NCBI GenBank assembly: GCA_041697335.1
Contig: JBGUGD010000009.1
Coordinates: 32,001-96,000, forward strand
Direction of reading: 5' to 3'
DNA length: 64,000 nucleotides
DNA from: Vampirovibrionaceae bacterium NZW_1234
Lineage (GTDB): Bacteria > Cyanobacteriota > Vampirovibrionia > Vampirovibrionales > JAGQHJ01
The notes beneath the pieces were generated by a model. That model was not told where the DNA came from. It was given only the letters and a program-made list of their open reading frames with translations, and did no database searches. A program made the translations under genes and the position numbers. This document shows, piece after piece, positions 29,923-39,972 of this stretch; the stretch's first letter is position 1, and every line of letters begins with the position of its first letter.

Positions 29923-31437
29923 CTAATGGAAGGTTGAGTCGATATGAGCCACATGGTCGCTGCGTTTTTCGTAGGATTTGGGGAGCAGCTCACTGCGAAG
30001 GCCGAAGTGGATGCGGAATGTGGAGCCGAGGGTAGCTGCGCCCAGGTTTTGTTCACTGAAGTTATTGGTCCCGCCAATACGCCATGCCGAGTCCACAAAG
30101 CCTTGCAGGTATTGGGTCAACCGGCAGCGAAGGCCCAGGCCTGCGGACATCAGCGTGGTGTTGTGGTTGTTGACCACACGGCTGCCCCGGAGCCAGCCTT
30201 GGGCGATGTCATAGAACACCACGCCCTTGACCCGCTGGGCCAGCGTCGGGTTGACCTGGGCCAGAAAGGGAATGGGCCAGCGATATTCAATGTTGTACAG
30301 CTGGGCGCTATCGGAATACAGCATGCCTTCGGAGAACCCGCGTACGGCGTAGGCTCCGGCCAGGGGAAACATTTGGACCGGAATCAGGGCATCCGGCGAA
30401 TATTGCCAGGAACCCCGCAGAATCAGATTCGAGTCGTGGGGCAGGTTGAAGGTCCGGGTCATTTGCCCCCGAACCCGCCAGAACCGGGCGTTGCCTCCCA
30501 GCCATTGTTCTCCCAGGTAGGTCTGGGCATAGGCATGGGTCAAACCCCATTTGTCGGGCTTGTTAAACCGCAGTCCTGCCGAAATAAAGCGAGGCTGGAC
30601 ATGAAGATTATTGACCCGAATTTCCCGGCCCGTGACTCCGATATCGGCGGTCCAGATGCGCTGCAAGTCCAGGGGTTGAATGTATCGAAACCCAATGCCG
30701 ACCTGATCGGCGGAGCGGTCCTGCAGGGCCACCGGAAAATCCAGGCTGTTCCGGGTGTATTCTGCAAAACCACCGATGGTGCCGCCGCGACGGTTGATGG
30801 GAACGTCATAACTGCCGTTAAAGAAATATGACCCCACAGAGCCAATGTACTGGAGGTTCAGTTTATCGCCGTACCCCAGCAAACTTTCGTGGGTCAGTTG
30901 GTGTCCCCAGCGGTATGTGCCAATTAGGGGGCGGCCCTGGTTGTCGAAGGTGGAGGTCAGTTGCCAGGGTTGGCGCTCGTACACGTCAACCATCAGGTTG
31001 GCCTTGTCCGGCGAGGAGCCTGGGGTAATGCGTGCCCGCAGCTTGAAAGGATTCTGCTTGTTGATGCGAACGAGTTCCTGCTCCAGGTGTTGGGCGTCCA
31101 TGGCTTTTGCGGGATCGTCAAGCAACGGCTTTAACTGACGCTGGATAACGGCGTCCCGATAATAGTGGTTCCCTTCAAACTGAATGGTTTCCAACTGCAA
31201 CCGATCCGCTTGCTGGGGTATCGATTCGGGATCGGTCACCTCATTTCGGATGACGCCTTTCAAAAAAGGTTTTTCCGGGGAGGGTCCCAGGGGCTGGGCT
31301 TCCGGGGCCGGGGTGGTGAAGACGGGATTATCCTGAAGGATGACCTTGGTCGGGGCCGCCAGGCTGGCGGGGGTAACACCGTAAAGGAAGCACAGGCTGG
31401 AAATCAGCAGAGCCATTCTGGTGGTCGGGGGAAACAT
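29923..31437 (-). CDS. ShlB/FhaC/HecB (TpsB-like) Omp85-superfamily outer-membrane transporter
   Basis: Signal peptide; POTRA-like (IQFEGNHYY); DNQGRPLIG, LLGYGD; AVRGF loop motif; SAGLGLR; beta-strand C-terminus. Confidence 0.85.
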   Translation of the reverse strand: MFPPTTRMALLISSLCFLYGVTPASLAAPTKVILQDNPVFTTPAPEAQPLGPSPEKPFLKGVIRNEVTDPESIPQQADRLQLETIQFEGNHYYRDAVIQRQLKPLLDDPAKAMDAQHLEQELVRINKQNPFKLRARITPGSSPDKANLMVDVYERQPWQLTSTFDNQGRPLIGTYRWGHQLTHESLLGYGDKLNLQYIGSVGSYFFNGSYDVPINRRGGTIGGFAEYTRNSLDFPVALQDRSADQVGIGFRYIQPLDLQRIWTADIGVTGREIRVNNLHVQPRFISAGLRFNKPDKWGLTHAYAQTYLGEQWLGGNARFWRVRGQMTRTFNLPHDSNLILRGSWQYSPDALIPVQMFPLAGAYAVRGFSEGMLYSDSAQLYNIEYRWPIPFLAQVNPTLAQRVKGVVFYDIAQGWLRGSRVVNNHNTTLMSAGLGLRCRLTQYLQGFVDSAWRIGGTNNFSEQNLGAATLGSTFRIHFGLRSELLPKSYEKRSDHVAHIDSTFH

Positions 31438-31568
31438 TCAAGCGAAACTCCTAAGGAATTGCATCACTATCACGTTGAGGCGAATAGACTGGTGTATGGG
31501 TTCTCTCTCGGGGGAAAGGGACAGTATCCATTCCCGGTTCCTATCACCGAAGGGGTTAGGGCACCCGC

Positions 31569-33884
31569 TTATGACATCCGGTCACGCATGGTGCGTTGGG
31601 CCAGTTTAAATTGGTCCACCAGCGAATTCAACTGGCTGGCCATTTGGGACAGGTTTACGGCAGCGGCCTTGGTATGTTCCGCACCTATCGCCGTTTCTTT
31701 CGTGGACGCTTTGACGGATTCAACGCTTTGAGACATGGTTTTGGCGCCCAATGCGGCCTGTTGAGCATTGGAAGAAATGGCTTGGGTCCCTTGCATCAGG
31801 CTCTCCAGGCTCTTCACAATAAATTGCACTTCCTCCGCCGACTCGGCGATTTGCTTCGCCACATCTTCCGCCCGCTCTGCAGATGCCTGTACATGGGTCG
31901 AGACGTCATTGGACGATTGGGCCGCACCGGTGACATTGCGGCAGATCTCGTTGACGGTGGCGGTTTGTTCTTCCACGGTGTTGGCAATGGTATTGTTAAT
32001 GCAGGTCAAGTCGGAAATAACGTCGGAAATGCCGTTAATTTCCACCACCACGGTGCCGGTAATGGATTGAATTTCATTGATTTTCACATGAATATCCTGG
32101 GTGGCTTCCTCCACTTGTTTGGCCAGTTCCTTGACTTCATTGGCGACAACGGCAAAGCCTTTCCCGGCCTCTCCGGCATTGGCGGCTTCAATGGTGGCAT
32201 TCAATGCCAGCAGGTTGGTCTGGGAAGCAATGCCTTTAATCAGATCAATGACCTTGCCGATGGCTTCGGCGGATGAATCCAGCTTCTGGACAATGGCCTT
32301 GCTGCTGTCCACGGACTGCTGGGCCGCAATGGCAAAGTTGGCCGCTTTGCCGGTGTTCTGGGAGACCTCGATGAGGGAGCAGGACATTTCCTCAATGGCA
32401 GCGGCAACCGAGGAAACCGAGGCGGAAATATCAGCCGTTGCCGTTGCCATGGCAGACATGCCCGTGGACAAGTGCTGCGTTACCTCGCCGATAGATTGGT
32501 TATTGGCGGCAATTTTCTCGCTGGCCTTAAACAGCTGCTGGATATTCACCGACGATTCTTCCACGGCAACCGACACCGTTTTGAGGTTATCGTTGCATTG
32601 GTGGGCCAGTTCCGAGGCAGTCATAGACAAGTGGGACATTTCGCCCGAGGCCTGTTCCATTTGCGAAGAGGTGGCCGACAGTTCTTCGGACGATGAGACA
32701 ACGGACTGGGCATTTTGCTTAATCTCCAGCACCATGCGTTCCAGGTTCCGCACCATCTCGTTTAATGACCGCCCGAGCTGGCCGATCTCATCCTGGCGAT
32801 CCAGGCTGGTGTGATGGGACAAGTCGCCCTGGGCCACATGCATGGCCACCGTCATACATTCCTGAATGGGCGGGACGATGCTGTTGGTCAGGTAATACAT
32901 CGCAAAGCCGACAAAGACCAGGGTTAATAGGGCCACCCCGACGGCAATCCACAGTTCCGTCGTAAAGTGAGCCTGTTCACTGGAGACGATGTCCTTCAGA
33001 TCGGCGGTCAATTGCGTTTCAACCTCTCTGAGGCTGTTGATATAGGTGGTGGCGGCGGAAAACCAGGTGGCGGAATCGACATTGAAACGACCGCCGGTTC
33101 CGTTGATCAATGCGATTTCTCGGAATTCCTTGACTTGTTTCGCTGCGCCAGTGGCCATTTGCTGGTTAAACAACAGGTTTTGTTTCTGTGAAGCCATCAG
33201 GGTAAAGGTTTCCAGATAGGTTGCTTCTTTGCCAATGACCGAGATTACGTTTAGGAGGTGTTCCGGGGTCATGGTGTCGCTTTTGAATGCGGCAGCCAGA
33301 AGGGCCCGGCTTCGTCCGGCGTTTTCCTTGCCACGCAGCAGGGTCACGTAGCCCCGCAAGGTGTTGACCACCTTGGCATTGGGTGTAAATTTGGAAACCA
33401 CCTCGATGGAATCCAACATATCGGCATTCAGCCGGGTATAGAATGCGATGGCCTCTTTGGCCGTCCATTCCTGCCGATCCACTTTTTCACGCACCTCCGG
33501 CAGTTGTTTCAGGGAGGCCTGTATGGACGCTAAGGGCTTCTCCAGTTCGGCACTGTAGCCATGCGAATCGAAGCGGCCCAGGAATGCCGTTAATGTCTGT
33601 AGGGCCTTATCTGCCTGCTGGCGCTGTTCCTTCAGTTGCTCCTGGCTTTTGGCATCCTTCGCGGTGAGATACAAGCTGCTGAGGCCGCGTTCTTTTTGTG
33701 TTTCATGCATAAACTGGCTCAGATGAATGCTGAGATCCGAGAGCGTGGCGACCGACTGCATATTGTGCAGTTTCACGGACTTGTCCACAATATCGGTGAG
33801 GGCGAAGTAAATTAAACACAGCAAGGGAAGCAATAACAGATAAAGGAATTTATGACTGAGTTTGGCGTCTTGAATCCACTTCAT
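31569..33884 (-). CDS. Methyl-accepting chemotaxis protein with NIT (nitrate/nitrite) sensor domain
   Basis: Two TMs; NIT motifs [10 protein letters not shown] and [13 protein letters not shown] (DEIGQL); [32 protein letters not shown]. Confidence 0.92.
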   Translation of the reverse strand: MKWIQDAKLSHKFLYLLLLPLLCLIYFALTDIVDKSVKLHNMQSVATLSDLSIHLSQFMHETQKERGLSSLYLTAKDAKSQEQLKEQRQQADKALQTLTAFLGRFDSHGYSAELEKPLASIQASLKQLPEVREKVDRQEWTAKEAIAFYTRLNADMLDSIEVVSKFTPNAKVVNTLRGYVTLLRGKENAGRSRALLAAAFKSDTMTPEHLLNVISVIGKEATYLETFTLMASQKQNLLFNQQMATGAAKQVKEFREIALINGTGGRFNVDSATWFSAATTYINSLREVETQLTADLKDIVSSEQAHFTTELWIAVGVALLTLVFVGFAMYYLTNSIVPPIQECMTVAMHVAQGDLSHHTSLDRQDEIGQLGRSLNEMVRNLERMVLEIKQNAQSVVSSSEELSATSSQMEQASGEMSHLSMTASELAHQCNDNLKTVSVAVEESSVNIQQLFKASEKIAANNQSIGEVTQHLSTGMSAMATATADISASVSSVAAAIEEMSCSLIEVSQNTGKAANFAIAAQQSVDSSKAIVQKLDSSAEAIGKVIDLIKGIASQTNLLALNATIEAANAGEAGKGFAVVANEVKELAKQVEEATQDIHVKINEIQSITGTVVVEINGISDVISDLTCINNTIANTVEEQTATVNEICRNVTGAAQSSNDVSTHVQASAERAEDVAKQIAESAEEVQFIVKSLESLMQGTQAISSNAQQAALGAKTMSQSVESVKASTKETAIGAEHTKAAAVNLSQMASQLNSLVDQFKLAQRTMRDRMS

Positions 33885-34610
33885 GCGTTTGTCCTTCTGT
33901 CTCGTCGTTCGTCATACGGTTCTCGTCACGTATCCTAAAATTTTTCAGCAACAGACTGCATCCTCTGGGCAATGGAGAACGATACAGCCCAAAACCACGG
34001 CCTACCTTATGAAACACAAGAATCCGAACTCGAAACCCAAGTCCCCAAAAGACATTCCTATCCCCTCTCTACCAGAGGGTATACGTGTAGGGGGCTGCCC
34101 TTCTCACCGGATTCCAAGACTCATCCCTGACTCTTAACGGCCTTTGCTAATGGGGTCCTTGAGAGATCGGATTATAGTCTGCCTATCGATTGTTCTATCT
34201 CAGGATGACATCCTGCTCAAAATGCTTGTCATGGTTTTATTCCTGAAAAATATGCACTATGAAAAGAAATAGGGTTACTTTAATGTTCCTTGTTGCCGAA
34301 CGGATTTAATCTGACCAGTATCAATGTTGAAGATGCCTACATATAGTCAATTACAGCGATAGAAACATTAAAAAAGCCTTAAGAATAAAGGGTTTGAGAC
34401 AAATTAGTATATAATAAAGATATAATTAAATAGCTTGGGAACTCGACCCGCCATGCGTAAAATAGCGGAAAACCGCGTGAAAATCGCCAAAATTCAAAAT
34501 TTCAGCCTGAACAGCAACCCATTGCAGCATTGCTTGATGGCTGAAATGCAGGTTTTGAGGGGTTTTTCAGGGTTGAGTCCTTTGAGCCCACCGGGGCAAA
34601 GGCGGGGAAA

Positions 34611-34720
34611 ATCACGCGCGTTTCACGCGAATTCACGGCGTGAATTTGAAAAACACGCGCGTGAATTGGGCCAAATCACGCGAAAACACGCGAAATTCAC
34701 GCGCAAGAACACGCGGCGCG
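34611..34720. repeat. Cluster of phased CACGCG repeats
   Basis: CACGCG at 34613, 34624, 34654, 34677, 34687, 34698, 34710, plus variant CACGGC at 34634. Confidence 0.8.
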
Positions 34721-34741
34721 AGACCCCAAGGAGCGGCATAC

Positions 34742-34772
34742 AAAAACGCCGTCCTATAGAAGAGGACGGCGT
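34742..34772 (-). terminator. Intrinsic terminator of infC-rpmI-rplT
   Basis: ACGCCGTCCT / AGGACGGCGT stem followed by a T-tract on the minus strand. Confidence 0.85.
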
Positions 34773-34797
34773 CTTGAAAAAGAGTAGTCAGCCCTGG

Positions 34798-35157
34798 TTA
34801 CGCAGGAAGGGCCTCTTTGGCCTGCTGGGCGATTTTGGCAAAGGCGTCTTTGTCACGCACAGCCAGGTCGGCGAGAAACTTGCGGTTCACGTCGATGTTG
34901 GCCCGTTTCAGGCCGAAGGAGAATTGGCTGTAGGACAAGCCGTGCAGACGGGCTGCTGCGTTGATGCGGGTAATCCACAGACGACGCAGGTTCCGGCGCT
35001 TGTTGCGGCGATCGCGGTATGCGTATTTCAGGGACTTCATGACCGCTTGGTTGGCGACCTTGAAGAGTTTGCTGCGAGTGCCACGGAAGCCTTTAGCGAG
35101 CTTCAGGACTTTCTTGTGGCGCTTGCGGAGGACATTTCCACGTTTAACCCGAGACAT
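34798..35157 (-). CDS. rplT: 50S ribosomal protein L20
   Basis: MSRVKRG...KLAKGFRG...YAYRDRR...LWITRINAA. Confidence 0.99.
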   Translation of the reverse strand: MSRVKRGNVLRKRHKKVLKLAKGFRGTRSKLFKVANQAVMKSLKYAYRDRRNKRRNLRRLWITRINAAARLHGLSYSQFSFGLKRANIDVNRKFLADLAVRDKDAFAKIAQQAKEALPA

Positions 35158-35193
35158 GTTCTATCTAGACCTCAATTTCAGGGTATCAAAAAT

Positions 35194-35412
35194 CTATTTA
35201 TGGATGTATTTGAGATACGGAATCTCATCCAGGATTTTAATGGCATTACCGGAATAAATCTCGATGTTGCCTTCCAAGCGACGCTTGCGTGCGGACGATT
35301 TCTTGGAGTTCAAGTGACCGCGCCCTGCCTGACCACGGACCAGCTTGCCTGTCCCGGTCAGTCTGTAGCGTTTAGCGCCCGCTTTATGGGTTTTCATTTT
35401 GTTCTTAGGCAT
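35194..35412 (-). CDS. rpmI: 50S ribosomal protein L35
   Basis: KMKTHKAGAKRYRLTGTGK...HLNSKKS; synteny. Confidence 0.98.
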   Translation of the reverse strand: MPKNKMKTHKAGAKRYRLTGTGKLVRGQAGRGHLNSKKSSARKRRLEGNIEIYSGNAIKILDEIPYLKYIHK

Positions 35413-35429
35413 AACTCCGACTGGGGCTC

Positions 35430-36005
35430 CTATTCAGGATTCGAACTACTCTTTTTCTTCCCGGGTGAGAGGATGGTAATGATCTGTCTGCCTTCCATCT
35501 TCGGAGGCGATTCGACAACACCCGAGTTTTCCAAGTCTACAACAAACTTATTTGCCAGGTCAAAGGCCAAATTTGAATGTTGTACTTCACGGCCCCGCAG
35601 TCGGATGGTGAGCTTGAGCTTATGGCCGTGATTAAGGAAGTCTTCGGCCTTTTTGCGCTTGACCTCGTAGTCGTGTGTATCAATGCGCACACCCAGTTTG
35701 AGTTCTTTGACTTCAACGTTGTGTTGTTTTTTCTTGGCCTCGCGGGCTTTTTTCTCCCGCTCAAATTTAAACTTGCCGAAATCCATCAACCGAACCACAG
35801 GCGGCGACGAGTCCAAACTCATAATAATGAGGTCAAGGCCTCGTTCGGCGGCAATCTTTTCCGCTTCAGCCCGGGAGACGACGCCGAAGGATTCATCATC
35901 GGCAATCAGGCGGACTTCCGAAGCCCGGATCTTGTCGGTCAGCAGTTGGGGGCCTTTATCAGCGGATTTGGGGTTGGATTGGGGGTTTTGGGATGATGGT
36001 TTCAT
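35430..36005 (-). CDS. infC: Translation initiation factor IF-3
   Basis: EVRLI, PPVVRLMDFGKFKFE, KELKL, RGRE; synteny. Confidence 0.98.
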   Translation of the reverse strand: MKPSSQNPQSNPKSADKGPQLLTDKIRASEVRLIADDESFGVVSRAEAEKIAAERGLDLIIMSLDSSPPVVRLMDFGKFKFEREKKAREAKKKQHNVEVKELKLGVRIDTHDYEVKRKKAEDFLNHGHKLKLTIRLRGREVQHSNLAFDLANKFVVDLENSGVVESPPKMEGRQIITILSPGKKKSSSNPE

Positions 36006-36499
36006 ACCGTTTGTGTCTGTTTCCTCCGGTTAGGGTCAATAAGGGTGAGCGACAGATGCTCGAAATAAAACTACATTATATTACACGAGTTTATCAATCC
36101 CCGCTATGGGTCGACCTTCTTCGTTTGATGGATTCTCCGGGCCGGTGGCGGGAAACGGCGGTCTGGCCGGAAAGGGGGTGTCAAAACATGAGTTTCTCAT
36201 GGTGACGTTTTCGGCATAATGGGGTAATCCGCCAACGGAATCCGGGCAATATGAAGAAATATTACAAAAAGGGTATCAGGACCCGGTCCGGCTATCAATA
36301 GAGACGATTGATGGATTTAGTACATCTGAAAGCATTTTGACCGACCCCACCGGCCAGGGTAAAGAACGTACTCAAAAAAGTGGCTCAGGAAAACAATGCT
36401 TTACTTTATGAACTCCCATGGCTTTGGTACAATACCAACCATCGGGGACCTATAAAGAAGTCGATGATACCCTCATCTAAGAAGGACAGACGAACCAAG

Positions 36500-36628
36500 A
36501 TGACGTTTTTGGTTGAATCCATTATTCAGTTTCTCCTGCTGCCTTATCGGGTGATCAAGGCCATGAAGACGGCCTACCAACAGTTCACCCAAAGCCTGGC
36601 CAAGCCCAGACCCCTGGGTCTTCTGTAA
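36500..36628 (+). CDS. Possible small amphipathic protein (42 aa)
   Basis: AAGGA upstream; MTFLVESIIQFLLLPYRVIKA... in an intergenic region. Confidence 0.35.
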   Translation: MTFLVESIIQFLLLPYRVIKAMKTAYQQFTQSLAKPRPLGLL

Positions 36629-36885
36629 TTCCCGGGTTGGTAATTCCCATTTAGGTTGGCCGAGAAACCCATATCCATTACATTGCCCGTGGCATCCCGC
36701 CGGGAGCTTTTTCAATGCTACAATTGGCGCAGGAGTAAAGCCTCATGCTTTTCTCTTGAGGGCTTCTTGGGTACAATACCCCTATACCCGGCCCTGCGGC
36801 TGTCGGCAACGCATTCGGACACAAACCGGGTTTGGCTCGCGTAAAGCGGCAAACCCCAAGGAAGGTCATCCCAAAAGGAGTCACA

Positions 36886-37722
36886 ATGGTCCTGCAATCT
36901 GGAAAACTCGGCATTATTGGAGCGGGCGTGATGGGTCAGGCCCTTGCCCGAGGCATGCTGGCCACCGGCGTGGTTGAGGCCAACCAGCTCTGGGCGGCTG
37001 CCCGAACCGAGGCCACTTGCCGCAAAATTACCGAAGACCTGGGAATTGCCGCCGTCACCGATTACAAGGACCACTTGGCCGACACCGACATCCTGCTCCT
37101 CTGCGTCAAGCCGTCGACCGTCGACAAGGTCCTGGCTAATCTTAAAAAGCACAAGCTGTCACCCAAGACCCTGGTGATTTCCATCACGGCAGGCACCTCC
37201 ATTGCCCATCTGGAAGACACCCTCGCCCAAAGCAACCCGGTTATTCGGGCCATGCCCAACACCCCCTGCATCGTGGGCCAGGGGATGACCGTTGTCTGCC
37301 CCGGTACCCACGCCACCGCCGAGGATCTGCGCAAGGCCCTCAACATCTTCGAGGCCGTCGGGCAGTGCATGGAACTGGAAGAACTTCATTTTGACGCCGT
37401 GACCGGCCTAAGCGGCAGCGGTCCGGCCTACCTCTTTCTCATCATCGAAGCCCTGGCCGATGGCGGGGTCCGTGTGGGCCTGCCGCGGGAAGTGGCCTTG
37501 AAAATCGTCAGCCAGGTGGTCCTCGGTGCTGCGACCATGGTCCAGCAAACCGGACGCCACCCGGCCTCGCTGAGAGACGATGTTACAACCCCAGCCGGCT
37601 GCACCATTGGCGGCCTTCTGATGATGGAGGACGGTAAGATCCGCTCGGTCCTGGCACGGGCCGTCGAGGAAGCCGCACAAATCGCCGGCCAATTGGGGCG
37701 CCATGAGACCGGCAAGTCATAA
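36886..37722 (+). CDS. proC: Pyrroline-5-carboxylate reductase
   Basis: GIIGAGVMG, LCVKP, RAMPNTP, GLSGSGPAY, VTTPAGCT; AAGGAG RBS before 36886. Confidence 0.96.
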   Translation: MVLQSGKLGIIGAGVMGQALARGMLATGVVEANQLWAAARTEATCRKITEDLGIAAVTDYKDHLADTDILLLCVKPSTVDKVLANLKKHKLSPKTLVISITAGTSIAHLEDTLAQSNPVIRAMPNTPCIVGQGMTVVCPGTHATAEDLRKALNIFEAVGQCMELEELHFDAVTGLSGSGPAYLFLIIEALADGGVRVGLPREVALKIVSQVVLGAATMVQQTGRHPASLRDDVTTPAGCTIGGLLMMEDGKIRSVLARAVEEAAQIAGQLGRHETGKS

Positions 37723-37749
37723 GACACATTGATTGAAGGGAGAACCGAT

Positions 37750-38958
37750 ATGATGTTGAACCAAAGCACCACCACCCAAGACTACATTGCGCTTGAAGAA
37801 CAGTACGGCGCCCATAACTACCACCCCCTGGACATCGTCATTGAACGCGGCGAAGGGGTGTGGGTGTACGACGTGGACGGCAACCGCTACATGGACTGCT
37901 TAAGCGCCTACTCCGCCGTCAACCAGGGCCACTGTCACCCCAAAATTGTCCAAGCCCTCAAGGATCAGGCCGACAAAGTGACCCTGACCTCCCGGGCCTT
38001 TCGCAACAGTCAATTGCCCCTCTTTTATAAGGAATTGACCGAGCTGACCGGAACCGAGTCCGTGTTGCCCATGAACTCCGGCGCCGAAGCCATGGAAACC
38101 GCCATTAAGACCGCCCGCAAGTGGGGCTACAAGGTCAAGGGCATCCCCGAGAACCAGGCCGAAATCATCGTCTGCGAAAACAACTTCCACGGCCGCACCA
38201 CCACCATCATCAGCTGCTCCACCGAGCCCCAGTATAAAGATGGCTTCGGGCCCTTCACGCCCGGCTTCAAAATCGTGCCCTTTGGCGACATCGAGGCCCT
38301 GAAGAAGGCCATCACCCCCAACACCTGTGCCTTTATGGTCGAACCCATCCAGGGCGAAGCCGGTATCCTGATGCCCCCGGACGGCTACTTGAAGGCGGCC
38401 GAGGACGTCTGCAAGGCCAACAACGTTCTCCTGGTCATGGACGAGGTTCAAACCGGCCTGGGCCGTACCGGCAAGCTCTTTGCCTTCCAGCACGAAGGCG
38501 TCACCCCCGACATCATCGTCATCGGCAAAGCCCTCTCCGGCGGCTTCTACCCGGTTTCTGCGATGCTGACCTCCCGGGCCATCATGTCCGTCTTCCACCC
38601 CGGCGATCATGGCAGTACCTTCGGTGGTAACCCCCTGGCCTGTGCCGTCGCCCGGGCTGCGCTCCAGGTCATCGTGGACGAGGGCCTGGTCGCCCGCTCC
38701 GAGACCTTGGGCAACAGCTTCCTGGAGAAGCTCAAGACCTTGAAGAACCCCCATATCAAAGAAGTCCGTGGCCGTGGCCTCTTCATCGGCATCGAGCTGG
38801 ACACCAAGGCGCGCCCCTACTGCGAAGCCTTGAAAGCCCAGGGCTTGCTGTGCAAGGAGACCCACGAAAACGTCATCCGAATCGCTCCGCCTCTGGTCAT
38901 CACCGAAGAAGAACTGAACTGGGCCTTCGAACGCATCCAGAACGTCCTGGACGCCTAG
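37750..38958 (+). CDS. rocD: Ornithine aminotransferase
   Basis: [62 protein letters not shown]. Confidence 0.96.
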   Translation: MMLNQSTTTQDYIALEEQYGAHNYHPLDIVIERGEGVWVYDVDGNRYMDCLSAYSAVNQGHCHPKIVQALKDQADKVTLTSRAFRNSQLPLFYKELTELTGTESVLPMNSGAEAMETAIKTARKWGYKVKGIPENQAEIIVCENNFHGRTTTIISCSTEPQYKDGFGPFTPGFKIVPFGDIEALKKAITPNTCAFMVEPIQGEAGILMPPDGYLKAAEDVCKANNVLLVMDEVQTGLGRTGKLFAFQHEGVTPDIIVIGKALSGGFYPVSAMLTSRAIMSVFHPGDHGSTFGGNPLACAVARAALQVIVDEGLVARSETLGNSFLEKLKTLKNPHIKEVRGRGLFIGIELDTKARPYCEALKAQGLLCKETHENVIRIAPPLVITEEELNWAFERIQNVLDA

Positions 38959-38975
38959 ACTATTACCCCATTCCC

Positions 38976-39009
38976 AACGAGGCCCCTGTTATCCGACAGG
39001 GGCCTCGTT
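38976..39009 (+). terminator. Stem-loop after rocD
   Basis: AACGAGGCCCCTGT / ACAGGGGCCTCGTT 14-bp inverted repeat; weak U-tract. Confidence 0.7.
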
Positions 39010-39122
39010 CGTTACCAACGCCCTGAGCCGATCCGACCGACCCTGTCTTTACAGCGATCTCAGCATGGGGCATAATCATGCCTAGAGGTTCGGGCTAGAG
39101 GTTCGGGAATGAGGATACGAAC

Positions 39123-39650
39123 GTGAGATCCCCAGGGAGAGTGTCACGACATGGGTTCATGGCTATGGTGGGCCTCATCCTGCTGATGGTGCTCGTGTCA
39201 CCCCACGCAACTGCGGAAGAAGTCTTCATGGTCAAATTCCCCAAGACCTTTCCGGTCCCCACCCGAATGCTTGAAGCGGACGGCGTCGGTGGACGCTATG
39301 TGACCTCCAAAGATCGGGGCGCTCAAGTCTGCATGGTGGCATGGAACCGCATCCCCGATGCGGTTCTGAAGAAGAAGACAGCCGAGCAGATCCTGAACGA
39401 CGCGGCCAAAGGTGGGGTGGGCCAATTCGAAAAGCTCCTGGAACGGGTGACCCCCATCTCCCTGCAGGGCCATCCCGGACGCTATATCGAACGCCAGAGC
39501 CTCCAAAACGGCATGGACGTCTTCTTCGTGGACAAGGTCATTTACAAAAAACCCCGCCTCTACCAGGTGGTCTACATTGGCACCCGCAAAGCCGACATGC
39601 GGGCTCCCGAGGTGCAGCACTTCCTCGAGTCATTCCGCTTCAAACCTTAA
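39123..39650 (+). CDS. Hypothetical exported protein
   Basis: Signal peptide (...PHATA); GAGGA RBS; ISLQGHPGR...RLYQV...FLESFRF pattern reminiscent of PsbP/DcrB-like fold. Confidence 0.65.
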   Translation: MRSPGRVSRHGFMAMVGLILLMVLVSPHATAEEVFMVKFPKTFPVPTRMLEADGVGGRYVTSKDRGAQVCMVAWNRIPDAVLKKKTAEQILNDAAKGGVGQFEKLLERVTPISLQGHPGRYIERQSLQNGMDVFFVDKVIYKKPRLYQVVYIGTRKADMRAPEVQHFLESFRFKP

Positions 39651-39748
39651 GGTTTCATTAGAATCCCAAAAACCGGGGCAAAAAATCCCGTCCGTGGTTT
39701 TTATTCATGTACCCAGAATTGGTAGAGGAACACTGAGGAGGGAACCCG

Positions 39749-39949
39749 ATGACCCAAGATTTCGATTTCAGCCAACTTGAACGCTTGCACTCCGACGAGG
39801 CCTGGACAATGGCTGAACTCATCCATCTCCAGAAAGAGCCCGGCTTTTCACGCAAGGATTGGGATTCGGATAGCCCGGCCCCTCGCGCCATCTACCGCGA
39901 CGTCGATTTGAGCTGGATGCCCCCTGTGCCCGAACTGTGCGTGCATTAG
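39749..39949 (+). CDS. Small acidic hypothetical protein (66 aa)
   Basis: GAGGAGG RBS before ATG. Confidence 0.45.
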   Translation: MTQDFDFSQLERLHSDEAWTMAELIHLQKEPGFSRKDWDSDSPAPRAIYRDVDLSWMPPVPELCVH

Positions 39950-39972
39950 ACTGAACGAACTCCTAAACGGAA

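Noticed and set aside
29944..32814. Several 190-300 aa + strand ORFs
   Set aside because: Antisense shadows of the TpsB and MCP genes.
34200..34720. AT-rich tract plus repeats as oriC
   Set aside because: No DnaA-box cluster seen and no dnaA/dnaN nearby. The only perfect box noticed (TGTGGATAA, 3672) is isolated inside waaF.
34435..35631. 398-aa + strand ORF
   Set aside because: Antisense shadow of rplT-rpmI-infC running through the repeat cluster; TTG start and no recognisable motifs.
36050..36380. Possible L20 leader, SRP or 6S RNA upstream of infC
   Set aside because: GC-rich hairpin potential exists but no diagnostic consensus was recognised by eye.
37900..38865. 321-aa minus-strand ORF
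   Set aside because: Antisense to rocD; an expected by-product of strong codon bias.
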